This document shows positions 55,461 through 58,071 of a stretch of DNA of 58,071 nucleotides, in pieces. The notes beneath the pieces were generated by a model, which was not told where the DNA came from, did not search any database, and saw only the letters and a list, made by a program, of their open reading frames with translations. The translations under genes and the position numbers were made by a program. Location of the stretch: positions 1-58,071 of the forward strand of contig CAZAIF010000001.1 in NCBI GenBank assembly GCA_964485125.1, read 5' to 3'. The DNA comes from an uncultured Oscillospiraceae bacterium (GTDB taxonomy: Bacteria; Bacillota; Clostridia; Oscillospirales; Oscillospiraceae). Within the stretch, counting starts at the first letter, position 1; each line of letters begins with the position of its first letter.

Positions 55461-55694
55461 ATGGCTTTTGACCGCAATCGCTCCCGTAAGCGCAGAAAAG
55501 TCTGCGTGTTCTGCGTGGATAAGATCCAGACCATCGACTACAAGGACACCAACAAGCTGCGCCGCTATATCTCCGAGCGGGGGAAGATCCTGCCCCGCCG
55601 CACCACCGGCACCTGCGCCATGCACCAGCGCCAGCTGACCACCGCTATCAAGCGGGCCCGTCAGGTTGCCCTGCTGCCCTATGTGCTGGACTGA
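55461..55694 (+). CDS. rpsR: 30S ribosomal protein S18
   Basis: 'RRKVC.FC........IDYKD...L...[30 protein letters not shown]'. Confidence 0.95.
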   Translation: MAFDRNRSRKRRKVCVFCVDKIQTIDYKDTNKLRRYISERGKILPRRTTGTCAMHQRQLTTAIKRARQVALLPYVLD

Positions 55695-55711
55695 GAAAAA
55701 CCACAGCGCGA

Positions 55712-55747
55712 AAGCCTGCCCGTTTTCCAACGGACAGGCTTTTTTTG
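55712..55747 (+). terminator. rho-independent terminator
   Basis: AGCCTGCCCGTT-TTCC-AACGGACAGGCT followed by TTTTTTT. Confidence 0.85.
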
Positions 55748-55783
55748 CGCCTATTTGGTGGCCCGTCAGAGGGATGGAGCCGT

Positions 55784-56659
55784 TCACACCCCCGTCAGGT
55801 CGAAGGGCGGGATGTACTGTTCCGAAGCGGCAGCCTGCTCCTGGGTAAACCCCTCCAGCCCCAGCAGGGCCATATACTCCTCCGCCTTCCGGGCCTCCCC
55901 CCTCCGCAGGGGGCGGTCGATCTCGGGGAAATCTGAGACCCGGCCCCAGGGAATGTACTGGCTCATCAGGGAGAAGAGCACCTCCCCCGGGGCAAAGGTG
56001 TCCCGCACCCAGTCCATGACTTGCTTGGCCGCCTCCACCTGGCCGGGCAGCACCAGGTGCCGGATGATGACCCCCCGGGTCATTATCCCGTCCCCGTCGA
56101 ACTGGCAGGGGCCGGTCTGGCGGAACATCTCCAGAATGGCCGCCTTGGCCGCCTCTGGGTAGTCGGGGGCGCCGGAGTAGCGCCCCGCCGGGGCGGCGTC
56201 CACGTATTTCAGGTCGGGCAGATAGATGTCCACCTTCCCCTCCAGCCCCCGCAGGGTGTCCACCCGTTCATAGCCCCCGGTGTTCCACACCACCGGCACC
56301 GGCAGGGGGTCCCGGAGCAGTTGATAGATCACATGGGCGTAGTGGGTGGGGTTGACCAGGTTGATGTTGTGGGCCCCCTGGGCGATCAGCTCCAGGCAGA
56401 TCTCCCGCAGCCGCTCCAGGGAGACGGCCTTCCCGTAGTTGCGGTGGCTGATCTGGTCGTTCTGGCAGAAGACGCACCGGAGGGGGCAGCCGGAGAAGAA
56501 GATGGTGCCCGAGCCCCGGATGCCGGAGATGGGGGGTTCCTCCCAGCGGTGGAGGGCGGCCCGGGCCAGCACCGGAAGGCTGGGCATCCGGCACATCCCG
56601 GCCCCGGATTTTTCGGTGCGCTCCGCTCCGCAGCGCCGGGGGCACAGATTGCAGATCAT
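55784..56659 (-). CDS. radical SAM protein (pyruvate formate-lyase activase-like, PflX type)
   Basis: 'FFSGCPLRCVFCQN' CxxxCxxC cluster; ATG 56659 forms an ATGA overlap with the mutY stop; the longer 567-aa ORF in the track is an upstream extension across mutY. Confidence 0.85.
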   Translation of the reverse strand: MICNLCPRRCGAERTEKSGAGMCRMPSLPVLARAALHRWEEPPISGIRGSGTIFFSGCPLRCVFCQNDQISHRNYGKAVSLERLREICLELIAQGAHNINLVNPTHYAHVIYQLLRDPLPVPVVWNTGGYERVDTLRGLEGKVDIYLPDLKYVDAAPAGRYSGAPDYPEAAKAAILEMFRQTGPCQFDGDGIMTRGVIIRHLVLPGQVEAAKQVMDWVRDTFAPGEVLFSLMSQYIPWGRVSDFPEIDRPLRRGEARKAEEYMALLGLEGFTQEQAAASEQYIPPFDLTGV

Positions 56660-57726
56660 GGCAGCACCTCCCATTTGTCCAGCCGCTGTTCCACGGCGGC
56701 CCGGAAGCTCTGAAAGGCGTTGGGCACGGCGTAGACCTGTTCCAGCTCCCGCTTTCCCGCCCACACCCAGCCCTCGGGCAGCTCCGCCCCGGCGGACTCC
56801 ACCGCCCGGGCCTCCATGCGCCACTCGATGTGGGTGAAGATGTGCTTGCCCCGTCCCGCCGGCGTCTGGGCGGCGGGGACAATGCCCCAGGCGGCCAGGG
56901 CATCCCCCTGTTCCGTCAGCTCGTTGGGGTACTCCCACAGCCCCGCCAGCAGCCCTTTGGTCCCGCGGCGGCGCAGGGCCACCCTGCCGCCGTGGAAGAT
57001 CAGGTAGACGGTGCGCTCCTCCACCCGCCGCCCCTTCTTGGGGGCCTTGACCGGCAGCTGGCCGGTCCTGCCCTCCAGCCGGGCGGCGCACAGTTCCCGC
57101 ACCGGGCACTGCCCGCACAGGGGCGCCCCGTTGGGCAGGCAGACCATGGCCCCCAGCTCCATCAGGGCCTGGTTGAACTGACCGGGGCAGTCCCGGGGGA
57201 TGACCTGCAGCAGCAGAGCCCGGGCGGCGTCCTTGGTGTCCTGGCGGGAGATGTCCCGCCCGTCGCCCAAGATCCGGGCCAGCACCCGCAGCACATTGCC
57301 GTCCACCGCCGGCACCGGGATGCCGAAGGCGATGGAGGCGATGGCCCCGGCGGTGTAGTCCCCGATGCCGGCCAGGGCCCGGATGGCGCCGTAGTCCGCC
57401 GGCATCTCGCCCCCGTGGCGCTCCAGGATCTGCCGGGCCGCCTTTTGCAGGTTCCTGGCCCGGTTGTAGTAGCCCAGCCCCTGCCACAGCTTCATCAGCT
57501 GGTCCTCCTCCGCCCGGGCCAGATCCCCGATGGTGGGCAGGGCGGCCATAAAGCGCTCAAAATAGCCGATGACCGCCGCCACCCGGGTCTGCTGGAGCAT
57601 GATCTCCGACACCCAGACCCGGTAGGGGGTGGGATCGCTCCGCCATGGCAGCACCCGGGCGTGCTCCTGGTACCATTGCAGCAGCGGGATCACCGCCCGC
57701 TCCAGCCGTGCCTGTTCCGTCTCCAA
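56656..57726 (-). CDS. mutY: A/G-specific adenine DNA glycosylase
   Basis: 'PWR...PY.VWVSEIMLQQT.V..V', HhH 'L.G.G.YTA.AI.SIAFG', FeS Cys cluster 'C.......C..CP....C', NUDIX-like C-terminal domain. Confidence 0.92.
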   Translation of the reverse strand: METEQARLERAVIPLLQWYQEHARVLPWRSDPTPYRVWVSEIMLQQTRVAAVIGYFERFMAALPTIGDLARAEEDQLMKLWQGLGYYNRARNLQKAARQILERHGGEMPADYGAIRALAGIGDYTAGAIASIAFGIPVPAVDGNVLRVLARILGDGRDISRQDTKDAARALLLQVIPRDCPGQFNQALMELGAMVCLPNGAPLCGQCPVRELCAARLEGRTGQLPVKAPKKGRRVEERTVYLIFHGGRVALRRRGTKGLLAGLWEYPNELTEQGDALAAWGIVPAAQTPAGRGKHIFTHIEWRMEARAVESAGAELPEGWVWAGKRELEQVYAVPNAFQSFRAAVEQRLDKWEVLP

Positions 57727-57886
57727 ACCGGTCCCCTCCCGTGCCGGGGCGGATGCCCGCCCTTCTGTCAGCTTCCCTTACCCGCCCTCCGGGGCGGGTA
57801 CAGCGGGTTCTATTATAGCGGATTTGGCCGCCGGTTGCAATCGCCGCCCCCCGGGAGCGGAGCGGCGGAGGGCCGCCGGGTGTGGA

Positions 57887-57915
57887 TTGACAAGGAAAGG
57901 GGGGTGTGATAGAAT
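57887..57915 (+). promoter_or_regulatory. promoter of tRNA-Leu
   Basis: TTGACA 57887-57892, 17-nt spacer, TAGAAT 57910-57915. Confidence 0.65.
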
Positions 57916-57925
57916 TCACACATAT

Positions 57926-58010
57926 GCGGGTATGGCGGAATTGGCAGACGCGCAGGATTTAGGTTCCTGTGGAGCGATCCGTGTGGGTTCGACCCCCACT
58001 ACCCGTACCA
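57926..58010 (+). tRNA. tRNA-Leu (anticodon UAG), CCA encoded
   Basis: Hand-folded cloverleaf: acceptor GCGGGTA/TACCCGT (G1-U72), anticodon stem CAGGA/TCCTG with loop TTTAGGT, long variable arm GGA-GCGA-TCC, T-arm GTGGG-TTCGACC-CCCAC, 3' ACCA. Confidence 0.9.
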
Positions 58011-58012
58011 CA

Positions 58013-58050
58013 AAACAGGGCATCTGCTTTGCAGATGCCCTGTTTTGTGG
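58013..58050 (+). terminator. rho-independent terminator
   Basis: AAAACAGGGCATCTGC / GCAGATGCCCTGTTTT stem followed by a T-rich tail. Confidence 0.85.
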
Positions 58051-58071
58051 GTTCCGATGCTCGAGCGAAGT

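Noticed and set aside
55784-57487. 567-aa ORF in the track
   Set aside because: Only the distal 291 codons (from ATG 56659) encode the radical-SAM protein. The upstream part is an out-of-frame read-through of mutY with Gly/Arg/Pro-rich nonsense composition.
1-58071. CRISPR arrays, transposases/IS elements, integrases, prophage genes
   Set aside because: I scanned for regularly spaced direct repeats and for DDE, tyrosine or serine recombinase-like ORFs and found none. The only repeats are the 35-nt imperfect pair at 23141-23295 and the short regulatory motifs listed above.

Overview
This 58 kb window looks like a chromosomal segment of a high-GC Firmicute, probably an Oscillospiraceae/Ruminococcaceae-like Clostridium. 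The evidence is strong G/C third-codon-position bias in genes, AT-rich intergenic regions, GGAGG-type ribosome-binding sites and lipoprotein LxxC boxes. Most of it is housekeeping or transport:
- amino-acid ABC transporter (404-2842)
- MATE efflux pump, 2-hydroxyacid dehydrogenase, HisC-family aminotransferase
- ribose-type sugar ABC transporter (7836-12606)
- proC-proB-proA (12883-15767)
- orphan cytoplasmic molybdopterin oxidoreductase
- trmO, CNNM/CorC-type protein, DtxR-family repressor, pdxK-like kinase, YgiQ radical-SAM protein, CarD-like regulator
- a complete Pho cluster (PhoP/PhoR-like two-component system, HD protein, pstSCAB-phoU, Na/Pi cotransporter) with three recognisable Pho-box promoters
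- desulfoferrodoxin plus rubredoxin, Dus
- a five-gene Opp/Dpp-type peptide transporter
- thioesterase, MBL hydrolase, birA, queT, rpsF-ssb-rpsR, a PflA-like radical-SAM enzyme, mutY and tRNA-Leu(UAG)

I saw no transposase, integrase, phage genes or CRISPR array. Two loci stand out as possibly undescribed biology:
1. 20262-22835 (minus strand) is an 857-aa protein that fuses a complete TetM/EF-G-like translational GTPase to a C-terminal YacP/Rae1-type NYN ribonuclease domain. It is preceded by an unusual low-GC leader with a promoter, a 35-nt imperfect direct repeat, a mini-ORF and two terminator hairpins.
2. 53193-54419 (plus strand) is a solitary TIR-domain protein with an intact candidate catalytic Glu and a roughly 260-aa C-terminal domain I cannot assign. 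It has its own promoter and is wedged between queT and the rpsF operon.

Smaller observations are a candidate preQ1-type riboswitch before queT, a 17-nt element shared by the pstS and CNNM leaders, three decayed or frameshifted small genes, and several leader attenuator-like hairpins. All family assignments come from reading motifs in the translated ORFs. No database search was run.
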